A stretch of 63,921 nucleotides of DNA, counting the filler, from Malassezia furfur (lineage: Eukaryota): NCBI GenBank assembly GCA_052055015.1. It is 3 parts of 3 records of this genome, joined end to end, with 100 filler letters (N's around TTAATTAATTAA, not from the genome) between each part and the next. Parts side by side here need not be neighbours in the genome. Positions count along the whole stretch, not along the records: positions 1 to 21,962 come from JBQJIT010000164.1; 2 more parts are not named here. One strand, 5' to 3'. This document shows, piece by piece, positions 10,076-22,062 of this stretch. The translations under genes were made by a program, and so were the position numbers. Each line of letters begins with the position of its first letter. Position 1 is the first letter of the stretch. The notes under the pieces are model-generated. The model had not been told where the DNA came from. It saw only the letters and a program-made list of their open reading frames with translations, and did no database searches.

Positions 10076-12093
10076 ATGCCCCGTATGTATCTATCGACCC
10101 CCTCCATGCCGCCGTGCAGTGGCTAACACGTACTGCAGAAGAGAACTTAAACGACTTCTCCTTTGCCGCCGAGGGGCTCGCCGAGCAAGAGGCGTACAAT
10201 GCGCATCTCAGCAAATCGGGGCACGTTCCTGAACATCTTCCGGCGGGTGTGACACACATGCACGATGCCGTCGAGGTCCAAGTTCCGGAAGTCGAAGAGA
10301 ATTACTTCCCCAGCGAAGAGGAGCGCCGCACCTTGCGCCGTGTTCCCGAAAAACTATCCATGGCCGCGTTTGCCATTGGCGTGTGCGAGCTTGCGGAGCG
10401 GTTCAGCTACTATGGTGTGACGCAAGTGTTTACGAACTATATCTCGAACCCCATTCCCCTGGTGGATGGTCACTATTCGAACACCGGTGCGGCGAAGAAC
10501 GAACACAAGTCGGGTGCGCTCGGGCGGGGCAGCCAGGTGGCCAACGGGCTTGTCACTTTTAACCAGTTCTGGTGCTACGTGACGCCGTTGTTGGGTGCGT
10601 GGGTCGCCGATGCGCATCTGGGTCGCTTCAATACCCTCTGTGTCGGCGTGGCCATCGCCATGATTGGCCACATCATTCTGATCGTCTCCGGTGTGCCGGC
10701 CCTGCTTCCCAATGACCCGAGCGAAAGCTCCGACCGCGCCATTGCCTGTTTCGCCGTGGCCATCGTGATCATGGGCATTGGCACGGGCTTCTTCAAGAGC
10801 AACTGTTCTACTCTCATTGCAGAGCAGTCCAAAATCAAAGAGCAAACGGTGATCAAGCTCAAGTCGGGGGAAAAAGTCATCGTTGACCCCGCCTTGACCA
10901 TTGCGCGCATTTACCTCTGGTTCTATCTCATGATTAACATTGGCTCCTTCTGCGGTGAGCTCAGCATGGTATACGCGGAGAAATACGTTGGATACTGGTT
11001 GTCTTATATGCTTCCGACGCTCGTGTTCATCATTCCCATTCCGGTGCTGTGGTTTGGTCGAAATTATTACGTGAAGCTGCCTCCAGATGGCTCTGTGCTG
11101 GAACGTGCCTTGAAAGCGTGGGGCTTGGCTATTCGTACCAACTGGACCTGGAACTTGTCGACGTTCGTCAAGCGCTGCAAGTCCAGCACGTTCTGGGACC
11201 CTGCAAAGCCGTCGCACCTTGCCGAGTCCGAGCGGAAGCCCTGGATGGTGTACGAAGATCACTGGATTGACGAGCTGAGTCGCGGCATCAAGGCCTGTGC
11301 CGTATTCGTCCTTTTCCCTTTCTACTGGCTCTGCTATAACCAGATCATCAACAACCTCATCATCCAGGCCAACCAAATGGATCTTGGCTCGGCACCCAGC
11401 GAGATTGTCTCCTTGCTGGACCCCATCTTCATCATCGTGTTCGTGTTTGTCTTCAATATGGGTCTCTACCCCTTGCTTGACTACCTCCGCATCCCCTTCA
11501 CTCCGATCAAACGCATTGCGATTGGCTTTTTCTTTGCATCTTTTGCGATGGTGTGGTCCGCCGTGCTGCAACACTACATTTACAAACAGAACCCCTGTGG
11601 AGACCGCGTGGGCGACGCTGGCGTCACGATCAATGGCCTCGACTGCGGCACGCAGTATGCGTCGATGACGGTGTGGATTCAATCCGGCGCCTATATCCTC
11701 ATGGCCATCAGCGAGCTGTTTGCATCTGTGACATCGATGGAAATTGCCATGCTTATGGCGCCCAAGAACATGCGCTCGATTGTGATGGCCATCAGCCTGT
11801 TCACCACGGCCATCGCCGCGGCCATCGGTGAAGCATTCACGGCACTGTCTCGCAACCCGCTCTTTGTTGTCAACTATGCATTGTTTGCGGGCCTGTCGTT
11901 CGCTGGTGGCATTCTCTTCTACATGGTGTTCTACTCACTCGACCGGAGACAGGAGCAGCTCAATCTGCTCAGCCAGGAGGGATACATGCAAAATGCCTCC
12001 TCGGATGAAAAGAGTGAGAAGAGAGAAGACACCTCGGTTCAAAAAAATGAGACTCAGACCGACTCGCTGGCGCCCAGTCTGTCGTCGGCTTGA
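10076..12093 (+). CDS. PTR2: POT/PTR2-family di/tripeptide transporter
   Basis: ELAERFSYYG, GAWVADAHLGRF, GTGFFKSN, FYLMINIGS, APKNMRS. A 56-nt first intron (10083-10138) follows ATG 10076. Confidence 0.93.
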
Positions 12094-12365
12094 TCTTGTG
12101 TTAGATTATTTGCGTTGTAGAAGTAGGTTGATGAACGCGGCATTTTCCCCGCATTGTGTGGAGGATGATCCCAATATGATCGTCCGGATCTCGCCCCAAT
12201 GCGCGCTACATTTCTGCGTATTATCTAATCTGCGGCTCGTTTTCCAGCGGGCAATTATGCGTGTGGCAGTGGCCAATGCATGGAGACGCAGGAAACGACG
12301 GCTCAGCAGGCGGCCGATAAATATACGAACGTCGCGGAACACGTTTTCCCATCTTCTCCAACACA

Positions 12366-12794
12366 ATGTCTTACGGTCAACAAGGTGGTTACGTACGTGC
12401 TTTCGTGGTGAATTCGTACTAATGTGCACAGTATCCCCCCCAGCAGGGCGGTTACCCTGGCGGCGGCTACCCCGGCGGCGGCTACCAGCAGCAGGTCCCT
12501 ATGGGCGGCTCGGTAGGTGACTCCTTGCGCGTCGCATACTAATACCAGGCCCTTGACCAGCGTCGCGCCCGCGTTCAGCAGAAGCGTACGTATCGAGTGC
12601 TTTGTACTGACCATCAGACGGTGCCTGCGGTCCTTGGTACGCATCCCTCCCCACATCTTTCATGCTAACCCCAGCTGCGGTTTCTGTGTCGGTCTCCTGG
12701 CCTGCTGGTACGTACGGGAACGCAGCCAAAGATGCTAACTCGCAGCTGTCTCGAGGACATTGTCTGCGCTGGCTGCCTTGATGCCGTCTTCTAA
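12366..12794 (+). CDS. CYSTM-type small cysteine-rich tail-anchored protein, 81 aa, 6 exons
   Basis: Introns 12393-12431, 12513-12548, 12586-12617, 12637-12674 and 12708-12745 give MSYGQQGGYYPPQQGGYPGGG...GPCCGFCVGLLACCCLEDIVCAGCLDAVF. Confidence 0.82.
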
Positions 12795-12859
12795 TCTCCC
12801 CGTAGTCATTGCACGCAAGTCATTTAGTCTCATCAATTTGATTGGATCCATGCCGTCAT

Positions 12860-14284
12860 CTATTTCTCCTCCTTGTCCTCCTTGTCTAGGGTATCGTTGG
12901 TCAGGCTCCAGCGCCAAAGGGCCAGCGCCGCTTCTTTTGCGTATGGGCCGCACAGCAAGGGCGCATCGGTGTCGTCGCGCGCAGGGCTAGATGTGCCTTC
13001 ATGCACCGCATCCCAATTTCGGGACCCTGCCGTGCTCGCTAGCGTATGCACGTTGCCTGGGCGGAACTGGGCGCTGCCAATGGCGTCTGGGGTTAGCACA
13101 AATACGCACCTGCATGTGCATGCCATTCGAGGCTCGGCGGCACCCACGTCGTACCTGACGTTGGCTGCAGAATGGCGTCCCATGACCAGACATAGATCGT
13201 GCCGCCCTCGTCGCCCGTTACAAGGTAGTCGCCGCCCTCGTCCAGATCGAACCAGAATCGCTGATGGGTATCCGCCGCCGGTCGCGGCAGCTTGGCGAGG
13301 AGCGCAGGGTCCTCGGCGCTCCGTCGCTCGAACGAAAAAGGGGTGCTCGTGCCGTACAGGTAGCTTGTGTCGTACACGTACAGACACGAAGAGCGGCGCG
13401 CGGCAACCACCAGCACGTTGCGCTGCGTGGGGTGCCATGCAAGCTGCGTGACGCCTTTCCCCTCGGCCAGCTGCCAACCGGCAAGGCACATGCGATGCCC
13501 CGGCACCACCTCTGGCGCACCATGGCGGGGCGGATTACCGTATGCATCGTAGACAGTGTCGGTCACACTCGTGAGCCAGTGTGCGTCGATGACATAGAGC
13601 CCAATGGTCCCCGCGAACGTGCCAACAGCGAGAATCTCGAGCGGCCGTCCATCGTTTTCCTCGTCAAAGACGCGCGGCGCCCATCCTGGCGCGAGTGCAG
13701 AGACGATGCCGCTCTGTCCTATACCTGCACTGTCCTGACTCGGGGCCAAGTCCAGTACACTGTGTCGGTTCGCGCCTGGGGTTGCGAGCGGGTAGACCGC
13801 AACGGCGCTTGTCAGTCCGCCGAACAGTCTGGGTAAGTCGAGCACTACGCACCGTGCGCCATCCTTGCTGAACGCGAGCGACGTCGGAGCGATGTACTCT
13901 TCCACATGGTTCACCATGGCGAACGTCGCTTTCGTCTGCCGCGTGAGTGCCTCTCCACGTACGGTGCCTGTGCGCGCATCGACCAAGCGCACGGGCACAT
14001 CGCGGCTGCTTACCGCGAAGCACCAGTGCACCTCGCTATCATCCGAAGCAGCTGGATACATGTACCACTGTGTATCGAGCACGGGTGTGGGCGATCGGTA
14101 CATGCGGAGCAGCTCGAGGTGCTCCTCCGCGACGAGGAAGATATGCAGCGTGTGCGACTCCGCGCGGGCAAGCAGCAAGGTCCCATCGGGCGACCTGCGT
14201 CAGTCTAGCTTCGTACCACTGCGCGCAGCGCCAAAAGCGGTGCACGGGCGGACACGCCGTGTGCAGCACTGGATGCGCCGTCAT
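12860..14284 (-). CDS. WD40 protein, WRAP53/TCAB1/Swt21-like
   Basis: CAQWSPDGTLLL, VSSRDVPVRLVDA, EEYIAPTSLAFS, QSGIVSAL, GVTQLAW, THQRFWFDLD. Introns 14195-14216, 13936-13962, 13829-13852 and 13087-13109. Confidence 0.8.
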
Positions 14285-14343
14285 GCACCGATGCGCAAAG
14301 GTAGATCGGGGGATCGGTTACGACGGGGGTATTGCTAGGATGC

Positions 14344-15652
14344 CTATTTCGCATTTTTGGCGCCGGCCGCGTCCGGCGAGCCCGGCAGAGTGATGCGGCG
14401 CTTACGGCCCCAGCCGCGGCGGATCGCAACACGGCGGCGGTCGCGCTCCCACGCGCGGGCCGACGCAAAGCCCGAGCGGCCATAGCGGCCCTCCACCTTG
14501 GTGCGGCGTTCGTCGCCACGGACGCGCGGCGCGTTGCGCACGTAGAACTCCCACGCCAGGCCGTACATTTCGCCGCCGGCCGGGTAGGGAGTCGGGATAT
14601 CTGACTGGAAGACACGCTGCGCGCGCGGCTGCTTGCCGTCCGTGCGGTTGTCGCGCGAGCGCACCAAGTGCGAGGTGAGGGTGGGGTGACGCATGTAGAT
14701 CGCCGAGCACGTGCGGAAGCTCACGTCGAGGTACGGCGGGATGAACAGGAAGGGCGCAGCGAACGGCGGGAGGTGGAACGGAAGCACGCCCGGGGGCAAC
14801 GTCGACTCGGCATTGGCCTGCTTCGCATCCGCCGCGGGGGCCTCGGCGGCGGGCGCGGCAGGCGTGTCCGACGGCTGCTCGGCAGACTGCTCCGCGGCCG
14901 GCTTGGCATCCGCCTCCGCGGCCTCAGAACGCGGCTGCTCGGCGCTGTTCTCGGGTGCCGCGGCCTGGGCGGCCTGGGCGTCCGCCGACGCTTCCGCGGC
15001 AGGCGCCGCGGCAGGCGCCGGAGGCGCCTTAGGTGCGCGGCGGGCGAGGTCCTTTTGCACGCGCTTGGCCACCTGCTTGTTGAGCATCGGCACCGACTCC
15101 GGCTCGACGGTGATCAAGTCGCCCTCCTCGAGGAGCTGGTTGGGGTCCGTGACCACTTGGCCGTTCACCTGCACTTTGCCGTGCAAGACGAGCGAGCGGC
15201 TGTGGTACGCGCTGTGCGCAAAGCAGCAGCGGAACACGACCACATCCAGCCTGCGCTCCACCTCGCGCAGGAACAGGTTCGCGACCGGGGGCACGGGCGA
15301 GTCGAGGGCGCTGCTGGGCGACGCAGGCTGCTTTCCCGGCCGGGCGTTGAGCACGGGTGCAAAGCTCGGGAGGTGTGTCGGGAGGAACCAGCGGCGGAAG
15401 CGCGTCTCTGGGATCCAGTCGCCGTGGTAGCCGCGCAAGAGGCGCTTGGAGCGCCAGCGCTGCTGGTACATGGTCAGGCTGGTCTTGGTGAACGACGTCT
15501 GTCCTGCGAGGAACGGCGTCGCGGACCGGGCAATCAGGTTGTACAGATTACGTGGCGACCATGACTGGAGTGTTAGTGGCCGGGGTGCGTGGTGCCGCAC
15601 GTACCATGCGCGGGATCGCCGATTCCGGGCGAAACACGTTCGCCTTCCTCAT
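14344..15652 (-). CDS. NAM9: Mitochondrial ribosomal protein uS4m (Nam9)
   Basis: RMSWSPRNLYNL, YQQRWRSKRLLRGYHGDWIPE and S4 domain ERRLDVVVFRCCFA..HGKVQVNG. One 40-nt intron (15565-15604). Confidence 0.9.
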
Positions 15653-15930
15653 GGCCGGGCCTTGAAGGAGCGCGAGCGACGGCGGTCTGGAAGAAAACTC
15701 ACCTCAGCATGTGTCAGCAATAGCACGTGGCCCCTGTCGCACGCCGCACACGTGTGCACGCGCGTGCTGCAGGGATGGCGTGCTTGGTTCGCTGGCGGCG
15801 TGCCGCGCGCGTGAGATTGGGCCATGCACGCGGCCGGCGGCTGGCTTGGCCTCTGCGCGCGCGCAGGTGCACGTCGCCGCGGGTTGGGAGTTTCGGCGGG
15901 GGCGTCTTGCATCCTCTTCTCACCACAAGC

Positions 15931-17135
15931 ATGTCGCACAAGTTTGAGCTTCCTGAGGGCCACTTTTTGTTCACGTCGTACGTATTGCTGCGGCGTACCA
16001 GGTGTTAACCAACAGCGAGTCGGTTGGTGAGGGCCACCCCGACAAGATCTGTGACCAGATCTCGGATGCGATTCTCGACGCTGCGCTGGAGCAGGACCCC
16101 TTCTCGAAGGTCGCCTGCGAGACCGCGGCCAAGACGGGTCTGATCCTCGTGTTCGGCGAGATCACGTCGAAGGCGAACATTGACTTCCAAAAGGTGATTC
16201 GCAACACCATCAAGGAGATTGGCTACGACAACTCCGAAAAGGGCTTTGACTACAAGACGTGCAACGTCATGGTCGCCATCGAGCAGCAGTCGCCCGACAT
16301 TGCCCAGGGTCTGGACCACGGCAACCTGGAGGCGATCGGTGCCGGTGACCAGGGTATCATGTTTGGCTACGCGACGGACGAGTCGCCCGAGCTGATGCCG
16401 CTCACCGTCACCCTCTCGCACAAGCTCAACCACGCCATGTCGGCCGCGCGCCGCGACGGCTCGCTGCCCTGGCTCCTGCCCGACACCAAGACGCAGGTGA
16501 CGGTCGAGTACAAGAAGGACAACGGTGCGGTGGTGCCGCTGCGTGTCGACACCGTGGTTGTCTCGACGCAGCACACCGACGACATCACCACCGAGGAGCT
16601 CCGTGAGAAGGTCAAGTCGGAGATCATTGAAAAGGTCATCCCTGCGAACCTGCTCGACGAGCGCACCGTGTACCACATCCAGCCGTCGGGCCGCTTTGTG
16701 ATCGGTGGCCCCCAGGGCGATGCCGGTCTGACGGGCCGCAAGATCATTGTCGACACGTACGGCGGCTGGGGTGCGCACGGCGGTGGTGCGTTCAGCGGCA
16801 AGGACTTCTCCAAGGTGGACCGCTCGGCGGCGTACACGGCGCGCTGGATCGCCAAGTCGCTCGTGGCCGCGGGCCTGGCGCGCCGTGCGCTGGTGCAGCT
16901 GTCGTACGCCATCGGTGTGGCCGAGCCGCTCTCGGTGTTCGTCGAGACGTACGGCACGAGCAGTAAGAGCGATGCGGAGCTCGTCAAGATCATCCGCGAC
17001 AACTTCGACCTGAAGCCCGGTGTGATTGTGCGCGACCTGCAGCTGCAGCGCCCCATCTACCGCCAGACGGCGTTTGGCGGCCACTTTGGCCGCCCCGAGT
17101 TCACCTGGGAGCAGCCCAAGAAGCTCCAGTTCTAA
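15931..17135 (+). CDS. SAM1: S-adenosylmethionine synthetase
   Basis: [56 protein letters not shown]. One 38-nt intron (15978-16015). Confidence 0.98.
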
Positions 17136-17415
17136 GCGGGTCGGCGTCATACCCACCACCTCCCTCGATTCAACATCGTCACGCGAACCGAACTGGGCTC
17201 CCCTACCCCATCCCCTGCCCTGCCCCCCGATGGCCGCATTGGCGGCGCCTCTAGTGTAAAACGCTCCTTCTGGGACTACATAGCATGTACATCACGTCAA
17301 CCGTGGCACAACACCGCACGGCGCTGCGCACTGCCGCGCATGCACGGAAAAATACGGGCAGAACATGGGGCGAAACGGGAACAAACGAATGTGGGCCGCT
17401 AGGCTGCCGCCCAGC

Positions 17416-20400
17416 TTAGCGCGCAAGCGCGCTCGAGACCGCCTCGCGGAAGCTGCGGCGGAGGCGCTCGATGGCGGTGAGCTTGGGCGCCGGACGTGGC
17501 TCCTTCGGCAGGAAGGGCTCGCTGCGCATCTTGCCGTTGCCGTCGCCAAACACCTGGATGCTAAAGTCGCCCTCGGTGTCGCCCGCCGACCAGCGGCACG
17601 CAATTTCCATCTGGCGCGCGCGCTTGCGGCGCGCGGCCTCGGCGAGCTGCCGAATCTCGGCGAGGAGTGTCTCGTCGAGGTGCGGGTGCATTGTCGGGCG
17701 CGCCGCGGCGTTGCTGCCCTCGGCGACCAGCTTGGCGAGTGAGGCGGCGCGCAGCGCCGTCGACACCTGCTCCACGTCGTCGCCCGCACCCAGCTCCGCA
17801 CTGGGGTCCTCGAGGAGGCCCAGCGGGGGCTCCCAGATCTCTGCAAGGTCCTCGGAGCCCGCGCCGATGGTCATGGCGAGGTGGCGGAACCAGGCAAAGG
17901 TGCTGAACACGACGGGGTCCGCCTCGGACCAGCGGTGCACAAAGCTGTACCAGCCCGGCGTGCCGCGGTCGAGGAAGGCGGCGAGCATGTTGATCGAGCG
18001 CGCCGGGTCCTGGATGCGTGCGCGGAGCGACTCGAGCAGGTCGAGCAGGCGGTACAGGTAGTTGCGCAGGTCGAGGATCGCCTGGCGGATGCCCTTGACG
18101 CGGTGCAAGCGGATCAGCGCCTCGTTCAGGGGCTCGAAGAAGGCGGTGAGCGCGTCGAGGATCGTGGGGTCCTGGAGCATGCCGCGGATCTGCGTCACGT
18201 CGCGGTGCAGCGAGTAGAGGCGCAGGACGCGCTGCAGATTGACGATCAGCAGATACCCGGGGTCGTTGTGCATCTTTTTCTTCACCGCGGTCGGGTTCGT
18301 CTTCAAAAAGTCGGAGTAGGCGCGTGTCGCAAGGATCACGCGCTGCACCTCGACCTTGCTCAGCTTGGGGTGGTCCGAGCCGCGGACGATGGCCGCGACG
18401 AGCGGGATGTCGGCGCGCTCGGCGTGCTGCCGGATGAGGCGCTTGGTGTCCTCGGGCGACTCGACGTAGGCACGCAGCTTGCGGATCATGGTGTCCGAGT
18501 TGATCGCCTGCTGCAGCACGCGCAGGTCTTCGTCCATCGCCATGGGGTTGTCCTCGAACGCGACGTGGAAGATGGTCTGCATGAAGCGGTTGCGCAAGAA
18601 CTGCTTCTGCCACTCGCCGACCATCTGGAAGGCGGGCAGGCGCATGGCGTTCGCGAGCTTCTTCCACGGCACCGCGTCAAACATGTCGCGCACGCGCGCG
18701 AGGTTGGCGCGCGACTCGTCGCCCTGGACAAACACGCCGTAGAGGAAGCGCGCGAGCTGCAAATTGCCCCACGACACCATCGTCTGGTAGGACATGGGCA
18801 GGTCCCAGAAGTTGGGTGTGGTGCGCAGCGCGTCAAACACCTTGAGGAAGCCGTCGCCGTCGACGCAGTCGAGCCAGATCCGGTGCATCACGCGGCGGAT
18901 GCCCAGCACGTTGTCGCCCGCGAGCTCGGCGTCCTTTTCGCGCTCCTCGATGCGGCGGCAGTCGCCGCGGCGGCGCTCGGCAATGTTGAGCAGCTCGTTG
19001 GTGTCGAGCTCGCGGTCGTTGAACGAGCCGATGCTCAGGAACGCACGCACCTCTTGGCTCTCGCCGATCGTGCGGATCGCCAGCGTGTCGCGCAGCCACG
19101 CGCGGAGCAGGCGGCGGTCCGCCTCGTACTGCGGCGGGACCTTGGCGCGAGGGCCAAAGCGGCCGCCGCGCGTGCTGCGGCTGGCGCCGTCGCGCAGAGT
19201 GCTCGCGTCGTCGTCGTCGTACGAGGTGTCGTCGTACGAGTCGGTGACGTACGATGGCGTGCTGGCCTCGTCGTACGACGTCAGCGACTCGTCGTCCTCC
19301 TCGTCGTCCTCGTCGAACACCTCGACGTCGTCGTCGACGGAGCGCGAGGCGCTCGAGGGGGTCGTCGCGCTGCTCTCCGTCGGGGGGCGCGCGGCGCGCA
19401 GCTGCTGGCGGCCGGGCAGGCGCGGCAGGGGGCGCAGGTGCACAAACGGCCCCAGCTCCTCGGCGAGCTTGTCGTGGAATTCGTCAAAGTCGGTGTCGTT
19501 GCGCACCACAAACTCGTCCAACCGGTTCGGCCGGCGGATGCGCAGCAAAAAGTCGCGGTCGGACGGCGAGTGGATGCGCACGGCGACCACGTCGACCTCA
19601 AAGCCGCCCAGGCGCAGGCGGTCGGTCGGCTTGCGGTAGCTCACGTACGCCTCGGGCGGCAGCAGCTGCGCCGACGGCCACGGCCAGCCGTAGTTGTGCA
19701 CCTGCTCGGCGTTGTAGAACGGATTGCCGGCGCCCACCCGCAGCACCGCCGTGATGTACCGAATGGTCCACTTGCGCAGCGTCATGGTGATCGCACGCGT
19801 GGTGCTCATCCCGCCAAACGGCGTGCCGTCGCTCTCGCCGTGGCGGTCGATCGGCGCACTGAGCGAGCGCGCCTGCCACTCGCGCAAGATGGGCAGGATC
19901 GCCGCAAAGAAGTAGGAGCGCGCAATCGCCGCCTTGTTCGGCGGGGGCCGCTTGCCGCCGCCGCCGCCGCCGCCGCCGCGCCGCTCCGGCGGGACAAATA
20001 GCGGGAAGGTGCAGAAGGCGTTCTTCAGCACGAAGCGCAGCAAGGGCAGGTCGACCGTCTCGGAGGAGGCCACCGGCTCGTACACGTCGCGGCGGAACAC
20101 GGCCTCTTCGTCGTCGTCGTCGACATCGACGAGGCTCGTGCGCTCCTCGTCGAGGAAGTCGTTGCGCCGCGAATCGCCGTCGTTCAGCGCCGCGCCGCCC
20201 GAGCGCGAGCGGCCCACGGGCTTGTCGAACGAGGTGAGCAAAAAGGCGCGGTCCAGCTCCCAGTCGAGCTCCTGGCCGACAATCGCGCGCAGGAAGTAGT
20301 GCACCTCCTCCGCAGACAGGTCGGCCATCAGCCACGAGCGGTCGACCTTGGCCTGCGGCGCGGCCGCCTGGCGCTCCGCGGCGGTCTCTTCGGGGTCCGT

Positions 20401-21951
20401 CTCGGTGGGCGCCACCGAAGGGGTCAGCAGGTAGTTTTGCGGCTCCTTGGGCAGCGGCAGGCGCCGCTTCGACGGGTCGTGCGACGAGCGCCGGCGGTGC
20501 GCCGTCTTGTACTCAAGGCCGCGGAAGTTGGGCGGCGCACGCGGCTTGCTCGGCACATCCGCCGCGGGAACCGCCGGCGCGGTCTGCACGAGCTCCACGG
20601 GCGGCAGCGGCGGCACGGGCGGCACCGCCTCGGACTCGGACAGGTCCGACGCGACGTACGGCACGGGCGGCACGGGCGGCACGTCCGCGCCCTTGCTCGC
20701 GCGCTTCGTCGCACCGCACCCGGTCGCCTTGGGCATCTTGGCGCGCTCGGCGTGGCTCAGGTCCGAGGCGACCTTCTTGGGTGCGCGCGTGCTGATGCGC
20801 GCGGGCGACTGCAGGCCGTGCCCGGGCGAGGAGGGCATCCGCGCCGACTGGAAGTCGCTCGTGCTCGTCGCGATCGACGGGTTCGCCGAGTGGCCGCGCG
20901 GGCGTCCGTACGCCTGGATGGGCGTCGCCGTGGGGCCCCCGGGCGACGCAGCGACGGCCGGCGGCGCGGTGCGCGACTGCGTGCTGGTCGACTGGTCCAG
21001 CGAGCTGCGCTGGCCGCTCAGCGGGCCACTCGCGGGCAGCAGGGGGCTCGACGGCTGCGCCGAGTCGCGGTCCGCCTCAAACAGGCTCGGCTCGATGCTC
21101 TCGGGGCGCGACATGCCGCGCGAGAAGCGCCCGAGCGACATGCCCTTGCTGAACGGATCGACGAGCTGCGGCATACGCCCGCGCGTCTCGTCGCGCAACA
21201 GCACCGCCTCGCTGCGCGCGGGCGGCGCATCGTCGCGCGGCATGCCGGCAGCGGCGCGCTGGGCAGCGTACGCCTCGGGCGACCGCGGGCCATGGTCAAA
21301 CGCCTCCATGGCGCGCGTGCTGTCAGCCACGGTCGACACATAGTCCGAGTCGTTGTACGCCGACTCGGACGTCGACGAGACCGTCATCGTGCGCTGGTGC
21401 GACGGCGTGATTGATGTGCTCGTGTACTCGGACGGGGCGCGGCGCAACGTGGTCGCCGGCTCGCTCGGCGCTCCGGCCGACGCGGCCGACGCACGCGCCG
21501 CGTTCTTGGGCGTCGCCACGGCAGCGCCTTGCGTCGAGGGGCCGGCGGCGGCCACCGCCACGCCCGTCGGCTTGCCGTAGTCGACGTACCCCTCGTCGCC
21601 GAGCTCGTCGCTCGCAGCGTCGTCGGCGTCGTCGCCACCGAGCAGCGCCATCTGCGCGCGGTCGCGCATGCCCACGGCGTTGTCCTTGCGCACGGCCGTG
21701 CTCGGCCGCGCCTTGTGGCTCGCCGACGAGCCCTGGCGCTCGAGCTCGGCGACGGCGCCGCGCGAGCGGCCCACAATCGAGTTGGAGCGGTACACATCCG
21801 GCTGCTTGGCCGTCGGCGCCTCCGGCTGACGCCGGTGTCCGATGCGCTGCAAACGCGAGAGGAAGCCGCGGCGCTGTGCACCGAGCGCCGAGCGCGTCGT
21901 CGGCGCATCGGGCGGCGGCGCCGTCGTCTTGCGGCGCAAATTGCGCAGCAA
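17416..21951 (-). CDS. Large PX-domain protein (PXB-PX-DUF3818, Ypr097w/Lec1-like); true start uncertain, adjacent to the gap
   Basis: LSAEEVHYFLRAIVGQELDWEL resembles PXB; PX-like FEVDVVAVR..FLLRIRR..RNDTDFDEFHDKL; RRLLRAWLRDTL; long disordered N-terminus. Confidence 0.7.
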   Translation of the reverse strand: MLRNLRRKTTAPPPDAPTTRSALGAQRRGFLSRLQRIGHRRQPEAPTAKQPDVYRSNSIVGRSRGAVAELERQGSSASHKARPSTAVRKDNAVGMRDRAQMALLGGDDADDAASDELGDEGYVDYGKPTGVAVAAAGPSTQGAAVATPKNAARASAASAGAPSEPATTLRRAPSEYTSTSITPSHQRTMTVSSTSESAYNDSDYVSTVADSTRAMEAFDHGPRSPEAYAAQRAAAGMPRDDAPPARSEAVLLRDETRGRMPQLVDPFSKGMSLGRFSRGMSRPESIEPSLFEADRDSAQPSSPLLPASGPLSGQRSSLDQSTSTQSRTAPPAVAASPGGPTATPIQAYGRPRGHSANPSIATSTSDFQSARMPSSPGHGLQSPARISTRAPKKVASDLSHAERAKMPKATGCGATKRASKGADVPPVPPVPYVASDLSESEAVPPVPPLPPVELVQTAPAVPAADVPSKPRAPPNFRGLEYKTAHRRRSSHDPSKRRLPLPKEPQNYLLTPSVAPTETDPEETAAERQAAAPQAKVDRSWLMADLSAEEVHYFLRAIVGQELDWELDRAFLLTSFDKPVGRSRSGGAALNDGDSRRNDFLDEERTSLVDVDDDDEEAVFRRDVYEPVASSETVDLPLLRFVLKNAFCTFPLFVPPERRGGGGGGGGKRPPPNKAAIARSYFFAAILPILREWQARSLSAPIDRHGESDGTPFGGMSTTRAITMTLRKWTIRYITAVLRVGAGNPFYNAEQVHNYGWPWPSAQLLPPEAYVSYRKPTDRLRLGGFEVDVVAVRIHSPSDRDFLLRIRRPNRLDEFVVRNDTDFDEFHDKLAEELGPFVHLRPLPRLPGRQQLRAARPPTESSATTPSSASRSVDDDVEVFDEDDEEDDESLTSYDEASTPSYVTDSYDDTSYDDDDASTLRDGASRSTRGGRFGPRAKVPPQYEADRRLLRAWLRDTLAIRTIGESQEVRAFLSIGSFNDRELDTNELLNIAERRRGDCRRIEEREKDAELAGDNVLGIRRVMHRIWLDCVDGDGFLKVFDALRTTPNFWDLPMSYQTMVSWGNLQLARFLYGVFVQGDESRANLARVRDMFDAVPWKKLANAMRLPAFQMVGEWQKQFLRNRFMQTIFHVAFEDNPMAMDEDLRVLQQAINSDTMIRKLRAYVESPEDTKRLIRQHAERADIPLVAAIVRGSDHPKLSKVEVQRVILATRAYSDFLKTNPTAVKKKMHNDPGYLLIVNLQRVLRLYSLHRDVTQIRGMLQDPTILDALTAFFEPLNEALIRLHRVKGIRQAILDLRNYLYRLLDLLESLRARIQDPARSINMLAAFLDRGTPGWYSFVHRWSEADPVVFSTFAWFRHLAMTIGAGSEDLAEIWEPPLGLLEDPSAELGAGDDVEQVSTALRAASLAKLVAEGSNAAARPTMHPHLDETLLAEIRQLAEAARRKRARQMEIACRWSAGDTEGDFSIQVFGDGNGKMRSEPFLPKEPRPAPKLTAIERLRRSFREAVSSALAR

Positions 21952-21962
21952 GCCGCCCGACG

Positions 21963-22062
21963 NNNNNNNNNNNNNNNNNNNNNNNNNNNNNNNNNNNNNN
22001 NNNNNNTTAATTAATTAANNNNNNNNNNNNNNNNNNNNNNNNNNNNNNNNNNNNNNNNNNNN
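21963..22062. other. Assembly linker / contig gap
   Basis: N44-TTAATTAATTAA-N44 with stops in all six frames; it truncates or borders genes on both sides. Confidence 0.97.

Noticed and set aside
21963..22062. TTAATTAATTAA palindrome inside N runs (also at 43802-43901)
   Set aside because: Identical 100-bp cassette at both sites with six-frame stops; it is an artificial contig linker, so adjacency across it is unproven.
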